Positions 1-12,123 of a stretch of 48,235 nucleotides of DNA are shown piece after piece. The translations under genes and the position numbers were made by a program. The stretch is from Chiloscyllium plagiosum (Eukaryota): assembly GCF_004010195.1 (NCBI RefSeq), contig NC_057754.1:12102760-12150994 (forward strand), written 5' to 3'. Positions within the stretch are counted from its first letter, which is position 1, and each line of letters opens with the position of its first letter. The notes under the pieces are model-generated. The model was not told where the DNA came from. It saw nothing but the letters and a program-made list of their open reading frames with translations, and searched no databases.

Positions 1-170
1 AGTGGTGTTCCATTTAAGATGTTTCTGGAAAGGAACATGAATGGGCAGGGAGCAAAGTGACACAGACCCTTCGAAAATAGGCGACAGGTTTAGATAGAGG
101 ATCTGGATCAGCGCAGGCTTGAAGGGCTGAAGGGCCTTCTCCAGTGCTGGAAAGTTATTTGTTCTATATC
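1..170 (+). mobile_element. CR1/HER1-type LINE 3' end
   Basis: The gggctgaagggcc...gtgctg...gttctat tail matches the 3' end of the CR1 copy at 14680-14722. Confidence 0.7.
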
Positions 171-171
171 T

Positions 172-470
172 AACATTACAAAAGATCCATCACACCCCAG
201 TAATTATCTCCTACAAGCTCTTCAGCCTGGAAGATACAAAAGCTTTAAAACACAGAGCAGCCGGTTCAGGAACAGCTTCTGCCCGGCTGTTAATAGACGA
301 TGAATGAAATCTCTAACCTCAGATAATGCTGATCTTGTTCATGTTGAACTTGCCCAGTGCACACCTTGTACAGCGTAACTGACATGCCTCTCGGACATAT
401 TTTACAGCCATTGTTCTGTACATCCTTGCTTACGACGATCTGCTTGTACATCTTTGTAAGGTAACAATAG
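172..470 (+). mobile_element. Rex1/Babar LINE 3' fragment
   Basis: Translates to ITKDPSHP...RYKSFKTQSSRFRNSFCPAV, the typical Rex1/Babar C-terminus. Confidence 0.75.
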
Positions 471-479
471 ATCCTCAGC

Positions 480-835
480 TCGCCCCGCCCCCAGTTCCCT
501 CCAGTGCTCACTCACAGCTATCTACGGTCCTCACCCCTGCTCCTCCCATTCCCACCCCAGTTCCCTGTGACCCCATCCCCAGTTCCCCGTGTCCTTTGTC
601 TCTCACTGTTTCTCTCACTCTATCTGTTTCCCTGTGTTTTCATTTTCTCTGTCTTATGATTCTTTCCCTGAATTTGCTATCCCCCTTCACCCTGTCCATT
701 TGACAGTTTGTTTCCTTGTTTTGTTTCCTTTCTCTATTTGACTGACTGTCCATTTATTTCTCTCACTGTGTTCTCTCTCTCGTTCCCTTCTTGTCTGTCT
801 CTTTCTCCCTCTTTGTGATGGTGATGGCTTCTCTA
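480..835. repeat. CT-rich low-complexity tract
   Basis: Strongly pyrimidine-biased, decayed (CT)n/(CTGT)n sequence. Confidence 0.8.
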
Positions 836-1039
836 TTCGTTTGAAGCAGGTGATGGCTCATTGGTTCGATGTTGGCAATACAATAACCTCAGTTGCGTTT
901 TGGCATCGTGGACATAATTTAAATTTATTGGTGAAATTTCAGTTGGTCTCACAACATCAACCAGAACGTGGGTATTCATTTGACACCCAATGGTTACATC
1001 TAAATATTTTGGGACTGCCCGTCTCCCAGTGCTCTGTAT

Positions 1040-1527
1040 ACTGGAAACTGAATGCATTCGATTTGAGTGCATAATGGCGTGACATGGGAACTGCCCTGCC
1101 CAGGAGGGTAAGAAACTACAGACGGTTGTGTCCACAGCTCAAGCTATCACGAAAGACAACCTCCAATCCATTTATACTTCTCATTGTCACAGAAAAGCTG
1201 GTAACATCAAAGATCTCTCCCAAACAGGTAATGATCTCCTACAACCTCTTCCAATAGGCAGATGATATAGAGGCTTGAAAACATGGAGCAGCATGCTCAG
1301 GAATACCTTCCTCCCTACTTTAATTAGACTGATGTATTGACATCTCTAACTTTTCAAATAAGATTGATCTTGCTTTGCTCACCTCCAGTGTAGCTGTAAC
1401 CTTGTATGCCTCACTCTGTCTCAGTACCCTGTGATCTGTGTTTTCTTGTTTATAATGATGTGCCTGCACTATTCGCAAAACAAAGCTTTCCACAGTACAT
1501 TTTACTAACATAAATCAAATCAAATCA
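1040..1527 (+). mobile_element. Rex1/Babar LINE 3' fragment
   Basis: Translates to CIMA*HGNCPAQEGKKLQTVVSTAQ (family pattern CITAWYGNC..DRKKLQRVV) and ends in an (aaatc)n tail. Confidence 0.75.
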
Positions 1528-1544
1528 TGTCAAACAATTGGACT

Positions 1545-1630
1545 ACGGTGGCTCAAGGTCTTCTCAAGGGCAACTAGAAATGTGAAATAATGCTGGCCCA
1601 GCCAGAGATACCCATATCTCATTAATGACT
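1545..1630 (+). mobile_element. 3' tail of a second CR1-like LINE family (family B)
   Basis: ttctcaagggcaactag...aatgctggcccagcc matches the tails at about 22340-22380 and 34990-35030 (reverse strand). Confidence 0.6.
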
Positions 1631-1708
1631 ACAAGAAGATGACCACACACAGGAAAGACAGACAGGGGATCAAATCGCCTTCAACATGGTTTTGGATATA
1701 TGCAGACT

Positions 1709-1920
1709 GAAAATGTGTTGCTGGAAAAGCGCAGCAGGTCAGGCAGCATCCAGAGAACAGGAGAATCGACGTTTCGGGCACAAGCCCTTCTTCAGGAAGG
1801 GCTTATGCCCGAAAAGTCGAATCTCCTGTTCCTTGGATGCTGCCTGACCTGCTGCGCTTTTCCAGCAACACATTTTCAGCTCTGATCTCAAGCATCTGCA
1901 GATCTCACTTTCTCCTCAAA
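1709..1920. mobile_element. Penelope-like pLTR mini-insertion forming a hairpin, with 14-bp TSD
   Basis: Inverted arms at about 1707-1790 and 1796-1879, then a 3' tail. Flanked by the direct repeat gatatatgcagact at 1695-1708 and 1921-1934. Confidence 0.85.
1765..1798 (-). ncRNA. Minimal type I hammerhead ribozyme motif (Penelope pLTR)
   Basis: Reverse strand reads ttc-CTGAAGA-a-gggc-ttgt-gccc-GAAA-cg-TC-gat. The core is intact but helix I has only 2 bp. Confidence 0.6.
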
Positions 1921-1928
1921 GATATATG

Positions 1929-2153
1929 CAGACTCCCTCGTTATCCGAAAGTAGAGTGTTCCAATAAAACCTTTAGTAAGCTGATATAGCGTAAAGTGAA
2001 GACACATTAATTTATATGGGAAGAAACTCGGCTTTCTTTGTAAAAGGGAAAATCCTCTTCGGATTTCTTTTGCTTAGCGAAAACAGGTATGAATGTAAGT
2101 CATTCGGAAAGGGAAGTGGCGAAAAACGAACATTTGAAAAGTGGTTGTACCTG
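1929..2153. mobile_element. Tigger/pogo-derived MITE (Tigger6/MER97-like from memory)
   Basis: CAG...CTG termini with imperfect ~24-bp TIRs. Internal ttatccgaaagtagag, cattaatttatatggg and aaaatcctcttcggatttc resemble Tigger6-type ends. Flanking TA dinucleotides are mutated. Confidence 0.6.
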
Positions 2154-2640
2154 TTTCTATGTGGGCATGATACTCAGCAAGATGGGAAAGGCAAAAAGTA
2201 AATGAGGTAAAAAAATAAAAGTGAATCTCACATTTGATTTCCATCCAAGCTGATCATTATTCCCTTCATTTGCTTTTTCTCTTCTATCTCTCTCTTTCTC
2301 TATCGATTCAACTCACTCCTCCTCCCCTTCAAAGCAGACTTTCCTGTCACCAGCATTACTCATATTATTTTCCAGCTGCTTTCAGTTCTAAAAGGTTCCC
2401 CAGCATTTTTTGTTGTTTTCTTTCCATTGATAATATAATTTCAGATCTCCAGTTCTTCATTTGATTTAACCTTTAAGTTTGTTATTTAATGGGACGTTGG
2501 AATCTCTGCCACTAATTGACCTGACTCTGAGGCCATTCCACAAGCTAATATAAAGTCAAGCACATTCAAAGTTTGTGAGAAGATTTGTAGCTCGGGTGCT
2601 CGATGCTGTGGTTCTGTTCGCCGAGCTGGAAGTTTTTGTT

Positions 2641-2680
2641 GCAAACGTTTCGTCCCCTCTCCAGGTGGCATCCTCAGTGC
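2641..2680 (-). ncRNA. Minimal type I hammerhead ribozyme motif (Poseidon pLTR)
   Basis: Reverse strand reads gca-CTGAGGA-t-gccacc-tggaga-ggggac-GAAA-cg-TT-tgc. Helix I is GCA/UGC and helix II is imperfect. Confidence 0.65.
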
Positions 2681-3219
2681 TTGGGAGCCTCCTGTGAAGC
2701 GCTTCTGTGGTGTTTCCTCCGGCATTTATAGTGGCCTGTCCCCGCCGCTTCTGGTTGTCAGTTTCAGCTGTCCGCTGTAGTGGCCGGTATATTGGGTCCA
2801 GGTCTATGTGTTTGTTGGTGGAGTTTGTGCATGAGTGCCATGCTTCTAGGAATTCCCTGGCTGTTCTTTGTTTCGCTTGCCCTATAATGGTAGTGTTGTC
2901 CCAGTCAAATTCATGTTGCTTGTCGTCTGCGTGTGTGGCTACTAGGGATAGCTGGTCGTGTCATTTCGTGGCTAGTTGATGTTCGTGGATGCGGATCGTT
3001 AGCTGTCTTCCTGTTTGTCCTACATAGTGTTTTGTGCAGTCCTTGCATGGGATTTTGTACACTACATTAGACAACGGAACGAGGACATGCCGCAACCCAA
3101 AGGACTAGCCACACTACCATACATCAAGAACATATCTGAAATGACAGCCAGACTACTGCGACCAACCAACAGCCACTCTCAGACAACAACCCACCAAGAC
3201 TAAGGACCCGTTACCCAGC

Positions 3220-3563
3220 ATGAGCAAAACTAACGTAGTGTACAAAATCCCATGCAAGGACTGCACAAAACACTACATAGGACAAACAGGAAGACAGCTA
3301 ACGATCCACATCCACGAACATCAACTAGCCACGAAACGACACAACCAGCTATCCTTAGTAGCCACACACGCAGACAACAAGCAACATGAATTCGACTGGG
3401 ACAACACTACCATTATAGGACAAGCCAAACAAAGAACAGCCAGGGAATTCCTAGAAGCATGGCACCCATCCACAAACTCCATCAACAAACACACCGACCT
3501 GGACCCAATATACCGGCCACCACAGCGGACAGCTGAAACTGACAACCGGAAACGGCAGGGACA
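3220..3563 (+). pseudogene. GIY-YIG endonuclease domain of Penelope ORF (fragment)
   Basis: NVVYKIPCKDCTKHYIGQTGRQLTIHIHEH...REFLEAWH...SIN contains the GIY-YIG motifs. The upstream part is frameshifted or deleted. Confidence 0.85.
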
Positions 3564-4152
3564 NNNNNNNNNNNNNNNNNNNNNNNNNNNNNNNNNNNNN
3601 NNNNNNNNNNNNNNNNNNNNNNNNNNNNNNNNNNNNNNNNNNNNNNNNNNNNNNNNNNNNNNNNNNNNNNNNNNNNNNNNNNNNNNNNNNNNNNNNNNNN
3701 NNNNNNNNNNNNNNNNNNNNNNNNNNNNNNNNNNNNNNNNNNNNNNNNNNNNNNNNNNNNNNNNNNNNNNNNNNNNNNNNNNNNNNNNNNNNNNNNNNNN
3801 NNNNNNNNNNNNNNNNNNNNNNNNNNNNNNNNNNNNNNNNNNNNNNNNNNNNNNNNNNNNNNNNNNNNNNNNNNNNNNNNNNNNNNNNNNNNNNNNNNNN
3901 NNNNNNNNNNNNNNNNNNNNNNNNNNNNNNNNNNNNNNNNNNNNNNNNNNNNNNNNNNNNNNNNNNNNNNNNNNNNNNNNNNNNNNNNNNNNNNNNNNNN
4001 NNNNNNNNNNNNNNNNNNNNNNNNNNNNNNNNNNNNNNNNNNNNNNNNNNNNNNNNNNNNNNNNNNNNNNNNNNNNNNNNNNNNNNNNNNNNNNNNNNNN
4101 NNNNNNNNNNNNNNNNNNNNNNNNNNNNNNNNNNNNNNNNNNNNNNNNNNNN
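3564..4152. other. Assembly gap (589 N)
   Basis: Run of n. Confidence 1.
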
Positions 4153-5609
4153 TTCAGGCTGAGATTACCGCGATCATTCAAATTAGCAATTATCAGGTAT
4201 TTACAGTGGGGTGTTGAATGGGAAGTCTTTGTTTTCATTATGGGATAGTTCATCTGAAAAGTAAATTGATTTTTATATTGTAGTGTTCGTACTAAGAAAA
4301 AAATTGATGAAATTTAAATGCGAATAGAAAGACTAACTCTAATAATTGTGCAACTATTGTATTGGCAGTGACTGGAAAATTAACGTTGTAATCTGAACAA
4401 ATAAATTGATTCAATATTTTAAAAACACTTTGCTATGATGATGATTGGATATTAATTAAGATCGCTACACTGAGGAATATAATATAGCACCTAGGTCTGT
4501 GGATTCTCAATAATGATACATTCAGTGATTATTCAGCAGAATTATTTTTGGCTCAAAATGCAGGATTAAGAAAATGACATGTTTCCTTCCATTGATTTGC
4601 GTATTGAGACGTACTTTTAATTTATATACCTTTTTACATGACCAATGTTTAGACATTCATGTGAGGAATAGGAAGCCAATATGAAGATTATAACAGTGTG
4701 TATTATAATGAATATAAGATACAGGGAACTTCCATAATCTTGTGATTTTTGCACATTGATAAACGACTTTAGTGTAAAAATGTTTAGAAATCAACATGTT
4801 CAAAACAGTTATAACAAATTGAAACTTTGATAAAATCCTTATGCAGTGCACATGATTTGAATACACATCAGTCACAGAACACCAGTCACAAAAAACATCG
4901 GCTCAAGACAATAAGACCATTAGAAAGAGTATTCTACTCAACAGTAATTAGAGGCCATTGAACATCTTCATATTGTTCCTGCAGAGAACATTCATTTAGT
5001 ATTCATAAAGTTTTATTATGATAAATATTTAGACATTTGTATCAGAACTAGGAAGAAAATGAGAAGCAATTCATGAATATTTTTCTAAATGAAAGTCAAA
5101 ATAAACTAAATCTACCGTTCTACCTTTCAGTATTTTCTCTGAATAAGCAGATGAAGATTCTTAATGCACGAGCTCAAAATGTTTTTACTTAAAGTTGTTC
5201 AAAGCCAAAATTAAATTATTTTATTTTGTGATTCTTCAACCAGAAACCTGATTGGAAAGCTGCTACGTATGCTGTGTTAGTATCCTCGGCCATTTGTAAT
5301 AAAGTATGGTCATTGGTTTTAGCAAAATATTACATGTGCAATTACTTAACTGAGATTTAAGAAATCAAGTGCATTTATTGGATGGAACTGCTCACCAAAT
5401 GTTTACTGTGGTTCTTGCTCTCAGGAACTCTAAGATACGTACTCAGGTTTTTCTCCTGAGCAGCAATTAGATGACCAGGAAGGCATTTGTATGGCGGTAT
5501 GTGCAGTGTTCTCTGAGCATTGAATTCAATGACATTGAGATATTTTACTAATCTAAGAAGAGATTAATAATTGGGTGTTAAAGATATTAATTAAGATCAT
5601 TTTTATAAA

Positions 5610-6109
5610 NNNNNNNNNNNNNNNNNNNNNNNNNNNNNNNNNNNNNNNNNNNNNNNNNNNNNNNNNNNNNNNNNNNNNNNNNNNNNNNNNNNNNNNNNNN
5701 NNNNNNNNNNNNNNNNNNNNNNNNNNNNNNNNNNNNNNNNNNNNNNNNNNNNNNNNNNNNNNNNNNNNNNNNNNNNNNNNNNNNNNNNNNNNNNNNNNNN
5801 NNNNNNNNNNNNNNNNNNNNNNNNNNNNNNNNNNNNNNNNNNNNNNNNNNNNNNNNNNNNNNNNNNNNNNNNNNNNNNNNNNNNNNNNNNNNNNNNNNNN
5901 NNNNNNNNNNNNNNNNNNNNNNNNNNNNNNNNNNNNNNNNNNNNNNNNNNNNNNNNNNNNNNNNNNNNNNNNNNNNNNNNNNNNNNNNNNNNNNNNNNNN
6001 NNNNNNNNNNNNNNNNNNNNNNNNNNNNNNNNNNNNNNNNNNNNNNNNNNNNNNNNNNNNNNNNNNNNNNNNNNNNNNNNNNNNNNNNNNNNNNNNNNNN
6101 NNNNNNNNN
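5610..6109. other. Assembly gap (500 N)
   Basis: Run of n. Confidence 1.
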
Positions 6110-9100
6110 TTGTGTTTAATTCCTAAATTTTGTAAATAGGTTCTGTTTGTTTAAAACTTGGCAGTCGGACCAGCTAATTCACTCTGGGAATATGCAAAGA
6201 TTACCATGACCCCCCTACCTAAAACAAAGAGCAAAATTATGGTCACAGCTTCCTGTTCAAGAGTATTTTCAGGGGTCGGGCCTGGTCCATAATAGATTGC
6301 AGAATTTGAACAGCGAGTGCTAGGTTTAGCATCTTTTATTTCTGGTGTTAATTTGGTTAGTTTAAAAAGCGTTCGGATGACAATGACCCTTTCAGTCTCC
6401 AACTAGGTTTTTGGAGTGGAAACGGTGACTCTGAGGGTTTTGCAAAACGTGATTAAGGCCAAGCTGCGGGAATTAGCAGAAAAGCAGGAGTTGGAGGTAC
6501 GTCCTATTGTAAGGAAAAATGAGGTGGCTCCAGTAATAACTCAGCACTTAGATTTGCTGGGAACACCATCAGGATCTGTGGAGATGGTTACATTCAACAG
6601 CAAATGAAGCAGCTTGAGTTGAGGTAAGGGAAAAGGAAAGGGCAGCAGAAATGAGTTACGAATTAAAGTAGAAGAGGAAGAAAAAACAACGAAGGGCTTT
6701 AACGGCACAAAAAGAAAAATAAAGAGAGAATTTGAACTTCAGAAAATGACATTTAGAAAGGCAAGTCAGTTTAAAAGGACGGAAATGAAGGCTGAAGGTA
6801 GACTTAGTGAGGAAGAGACTGAATATAAGCAATCCCCTAGTAGTCAAAAGCCTTGTAAGAAACTGTTTAAGTCTGTTCAATCATTGCCTAGATTTGATGA
6901 GAAGGATGTTGAACCCTTTTTCATCTCATTTGAAAAATTGGCTAAACAAATGGAGTGACCAGTGACGTGTGGTTTTCTTGATCCTGATCAAACTTGTGGA
7001 TAGAGCTGGTGAAGTATTCACATTACTTTTAGAGGAGGTATCTCCGGAGTATGGGAAGGTCAAAAAAATCTATCTTAAGTTCAAATGAGCTTGTACCAGG
7101 AGCCGACAGATAACGTTTCATGAATCTAAGGAGCGGCCCTGACCAAATCTATATTGAATTTGAAAGGATCAAACAAAGTAATTTTGATAGGTGGATAAGA
7201 TCTTTTAAAAGTGAGCAAACCCACGACGATCTCAGAGAGACAATTATTTTGGAGGAATTGGAGGTCATGTAGAAGAGCAGAGAGTTAAAAGAGCAAGGTT
7301 AGCAGCTGAAGTGACTGATGGTTATGAGTTGGTCCATAAAACACGGTTACGATTCCAGAATCAAATTCACTCCATGAGTGAGAGAACTGGGGGGAAAGAG
7401 AAATCGTCACATGAAAAGAGAAAGGTAGATTTCGGATAAGACCAGAACGATAATTTACCACAGAGTCAAAAGGAAGCACTTGAAAGGGACAACAAAGTAA
7501 AAAGGTCCAGTGATTTCATTGCAATAAAGTAGACACGGTGTATCACGATGTTGGTGGGCTAGGGAAATGTCAGATGTAGGAAAACAGGACAAGCCTGGGA
7601 GCTTTGTTGGAATGGTAACAGAAAGCATAGCGGAAGCTATAAAGCTGCATCAGAGTTGTCAAGCTGATCAGAGGTTGATTCAGGAGGAAGTGCTGGATCT
7701 GCTTAGCAAATATATCAGCAAAGGTAAAGCTTATTCACATAAGCCAGGAGTTGCAGGTAAAGGGGTTACAATATTAAGGGATGCAGGAGAATCTCCGGCT
7801 GTGATGCTGAAGGATAAGGAGATAGTTACTCCTTAAAGTCTACTGCCAGAAATGGTACTGGTAATAGGAATTCATGGTGAGTCAAAAAACGCGCAGTTAT
7901 GTAAAATGAGGACAGACTGTGGTTAAAAAGCCAGCGGAGACTCAGGGAACAGAAGCAATGGAATTTTTATGCTGAAACCTTTTCTGATTGTGTAGTAACA
8001 AAGTCACAGATTCATGGTTTGAAGCAAGAGAGATCAAATGGCATGTTTAAGAAAGCTGAAGGGGCATTCGCAGAGACTGTGTTCAATCAGATAGTTGAAG
8101 CAAAACAGGAGCAAATAAATATTAATACAAATATTTTTAACTCTGCAAAATCGTGGAATTGAAGCAGAAACATGAACATTTAAAGCAGTTGCACAAAAAA
8201 GGCATATAGAGAGTTGGAATCTGAACGTATGCCTGAATGTTATTACCTGAAAAATGATGTCTTGATGAGGAAATGGAGACGGTCACGTATTCAGGCAGAT
8301 GAGAATTGGGCATAAATTCATTAAATTGTCTTGCCAGTGGAGTTTAGAAAGAATGTATTGCGAGTGGCGCATGAGCTACCACTTGCATGTCACTTCGGAG
8401 TGAGGAAAACCCAGGATGAAATACACACACAGTTCTATTAGACTGCTGTGCACAAGGGTGTAGTTGAATTTTTCCGGACGTGTCATACATGGCAGGTACA
8501 CGGAAAACCACAGACAGTAATAAAACCTGCACTTTAATACCTATTCCAGCATTTGAGGGACACTTTATAAGCGTATTAATTGGTTGCACTGGTCTCCTAC
8601 CTCAAAGAAAACATGGGAATCGGTCTTTGTTAGCAATAATGAATACATTGACAAGATTTCCAGAGACTGTCCCATTATGTTACATCACAGCTAAAAGAAT
8701 AATATAAAAGAATTAATTATGAAAGAAATACTCATTTTCTTTCAACTAGATACGGACTACCAATCGAGATACAGTTAAATCAAGGGTAAAATTTCACATC
8801 CAAGCTATTCAAGGAAATTATGGATAGATTTGGAATAAAACAATTCTTCTGTGTATGATCAAGAGCCTCAGGGATCACTAGGAAAGTCACATCAAGCATT
8901 ACATTTCTTTGTTGGACTTGCTCAGAAAGTGCAACGGCAATTTCGGCTGTTTTAATGCCAAATGGACTGTATCAGTTTAAAGTTATGTCATTTGGTATGT
9001 AAAATGCTCCAGCAATATTTCAGAGACTAACAAATATGTTTGTTGCTAGGTTACTCAACTATGTTGTGGACATCACTGACATGGTGATTTTTAGTCACTC

Positions 9101-9298
9101 ATAGAAGAAACATATACTACATTTTTCGGACTTGTTCGATCGACTTTGGAAGGCAAGCCTGGCGATACACCTAGCTAAAGTTGAATTTACCCAAGAACAA
9201 GTCACCTTCCTGGGCCATATTATTGGACATGGAGAAATGGCCTCGCGGGATGTGAAAACAAATGTAATTGGGGGAATTCTCTATCACATTGACAAAAG

Positions 9299-9601
9299 TA
9301 GATTAGATTACTTACAGTGTGGAAACAGGCCCTTCGGCCCAACAAATCCACACCGCCCCGCCAAAGCGCAACCCACCCATACCCCTACATTTACCCCTTA
9401 CCTAACACTACGGGCAACTTTAGCATAGCCAATTCACCTGACCTGCACATCTTTGGACTGTGGGAGGAAACCGGAGCACCCGGAGGAAACCCACGCAGAC
9501 ACGGGGAGAACGTGCAAACTCCACGCAGTCAGTCGCCTGAGGCGGGAATTGAACCCGGGTCTCTGGCGCTGTGAGGCAGCAGTGCTAACCACTGTGCCGC
9601 C
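9299..9601 (-). mobile_element. HE1-type tRNA-derived SINE
   Basis: Reverse strand has an A box (ggcacagtggtt), a B box (ggttcaattcc), a conserved core and a CR1-like tail ending in (taatc)n. Confidence 0.9.
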
Positions 9602-9966
9602 AAGGCTATAGTTGCTGGGATTGAAGAGATTTCATCGGACATTTGTGACAAATGTTTGCAATGTGGCTTCTCCACTCTGTTATTAACTGATGGCAAGAAG
9701 TTTTTCTGTGAGAAGACGTTTGACTGTGCTAACCAATGACTAGGTATTAGCCACACCTGATTACAGAAAAACTAGTAAGGTGGTTATTGATGCGAGTGGT
9801 GTGGGTGTCGGTGCTGTGCTCCTGCAGGAAAACAATCAAAATTTAGTAAAACCTATCGGGTATTTCTCCAGAAAGTTGAACTATCGTCAGCAAAAATATT
9901 CGACTTTAAACTTGGTGCTGGCAATGCAACACTTCATTTTTATATGACGAGTAACGCATCTTTTTT

Positions 9967-10264
9967 TTAGATGACTTACAGTGTGGAAACAGGCCCTTCG
10001 GCCCAACAAGTCCACACCGCCCCGCCGAAGCGCAACCCGCCCATACCCCTACATTTACCCCTTACCTAACACTATGGGCAATTTAGCATGGCCAATTAAC
10101 TTAACCTGCACATCTTTGGACTGTGGGAGGGAACCGGAGCAAACCCACGCAGACACGGGGAGAACGTACAAACTCCACACAGTCAGTCGCATGAGGTGGG
10201 AATTGAACCCGGTTCTCTGGTACTGTGAGGCTGCAGTGCTAACCACTGTGCCACCATGCCGACC
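9967..10264 (-). mobile_element. HE1-type SINE
   Basis: Same family as 9299-9601, inserted in the Gypsy RNase H region. Confidence 0.9.
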
Positions 10265-11140
10265 ACAAATATCTGAGACAACTATACCCATTGAATCACA
10301 ACACATTGAAGTTTGTGTGAAAACCTAAGGACAAAAGTGTCAGACTATTGTAATGGAGCTTGTTATTACAGACATTCAGCTTGAAAATTGTACATGTGGT
10401 AGGTTGAGAAGACAGGATTGCCAACACATTGTCGAGACTCAAATGAGAGACAGATGCATTCGGTGGCGGAAGACCCATAGAAAGAATCCGATTGTGATCC
10501 TGCATGTTTGCATGTTGAAAGTCAGTATATGTGCATTTTACGTAACTTACCAATACTTTTCGAAATTTTGAAAATCTATTGGATGTTCATGATTCATTTT
10601 TTTAAGTAGGGAGGTCGAACGAACCTGTGCCTTTTACAAGATTACTATGCCCTTGAATTTTTCTTTCTAATAGTGGATAATTAGCCAGGGTCTAACTAGG
10701 CTGGGTTTGAAAGGTTTATTGGGGCCATTTTCGTTTATACCTAGCAGGTAATCCCCCCAGCCTAAGACTTTGAAGTCTTAAAAATCGAGTATTATCAAGG
10801 GGACGTGGCCTGCTCTCGAGCTGCGCACTTCAGTTCAGGATATTAGTTGAGTCTGGGTCACCGTTCAAACTGGATATTCTTCCTCCTCCTGCCCTTCTGA
10901 CTTTGCAACCTGTAAGTTTTTTTTTGTGTCATTTTTACTTTTTGTACTAAGGGGTCTATTTATCAGGAGGTTGCAATTATTGTCGGAAAAAACATCATTA
11001 AATCGGGATTGCATGTTGGGTTTTACATAGCATAAGTTATCCAGTCTGCTCTATTCTGTTCATTGTGTTGAATTTTGTGATTCTTTAAACACGTTCTGTT
11101 TGTTTAAAACCTGGCAGCTGGACCAACTAATTTACTCTGG

Positions 11141-11480
11141 GAACATAGAACATAGAACATAGAAGTTATAGTGCAGTACAGGCCCTTCGGCCCTCGATGA
11201 TGCGCCGACCAGTCATAGCAATCTGAAGCCCATCGGATCTACACTATTCTATGTACGTCCATATGTTTATCCAATGACGACTTAAATGCACTTAAAGTCG
11301 GCGAATCTACTACAGTTGCGGTCAAAGAATTCCATACCCTTACTACTCTCTGAGTAAAGAAACTACTTCTGACCTCTGTCCTATATCAATCACCCCTTAA
11401 TTTAAAGCTATGCCCCCTCGTGCTGGCCGTCAACATACTTGGAAAAAGGCTCTCTGTCCACCCTATCTAACCCTTGACAT
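11141..11480 (-). mobile_element. CR1/HER1 LINE 3' fragment truncating the Gypsy 3' LTR
   Basis: (gaacata)n tail and acaggcccttcggccc, which is the reverse complement of the CR1 3'UTR. Confidence 0.85.
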
Positions 11481-12123
11481 GTTTCAGATTGTCATGGAGC
11501 AGAACGTGAGTCGCATGTCCTCGTTATACTTAACAACAGACCCAAACATGACTGAGTCCATTGCAAAATACTGAGAACGAAATTTGCCAAATATATGATG
11601 ATTTCTCTTAATTTTCTTTCACCTCCGCGACATGGAAAAGGATTGCTGATACAGAAGAGGTTATTATATTTATCACGCAAACTCAGAGCCAATGAGTTTA
11701 AACTCAGTTCAAAAAGGATGACTTCGGAGGACTGGAGGAAAAAGCGACGATCCATGAGGGTAATGCTGTTAAAATTGTGTCTAAATGGAAACTGATATTG
11801 TGAAAAAGAACGCCTGAAAAAAATGTGTGATATGAGACTTGCCAGCAGCTGAATTCACCAACATCGTTCTTATGACTTCTGTGTTTCATAAACATTGCTA
11901 CTCAGAGCACTGTCTCAAAACATGACCATGGTGGGAGAAACTAATAGCATGTGGATTGCCTGGAGGTATATATTTTATTTGGACAAAAGAGAAATCAAAC
12001 AAACATAAAAGCTTATATGTCCAGAGAATATTTGGGTTGGTATGATAGATTGAGACTCCAGCTCATAAAGCATCCAAAACAATCGGTCTTTAACAAAATG
12101 AATGCAGAATGCTAAATTTATCG

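Larger units (their letters stand above)
2567..3563. mobile_element. Penelope-like element (Poseidon-type) 3' region in inverted arrangement
   Basis: GIY-YIG coding sequence is present on both strands: arms 2738-3070 (-) and 3230-3563 (+). The pLTR/tail lies on the minus strand down to about 2567. The right side runs into an N gap. Confidence 0.88.
6110..11143 (+). mobile_element. Decayed Gypsy LTR retrotransposon, Gmr1-like (gag-PR-IN-RT-RH)
   Basis: 5' LTR remnant to ~6294; gag LPRFDEKDVEPFFISFEK; zinc knuckle remnant ~7510; protease ILRDAG ~7770; integrase AHELPLACHFGVRKT and TRFPETVPL 8370-8880; RT GLYQFKVMSFGM*NAPAIFQR ~8960; RNase H IDASGVGVGAVLLQ ~9790; PPT 10604-10614; 3' LTR 10615-11143, with 11090-11142 matching 6139-6190. 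Confidence 0.88.

Noticed and set aside
4153..5609. Second GPCR exon or pseudogene in the AT-rich island between the gaps
   Set aside because: I could not find receptor motifs or convincing splice-bounded frames by eye.
3220..6126. Long ORFs of 342, 310 and 183 aa in the ORF track
   Set aside because: They are open only because they run through N gaps.
11480..12120. Short ORFs (87, 66 and 63 aa) in unique sequence
   Set aside because: No recognisable domain, overlapping on both strands, and of lengths expected by chance.
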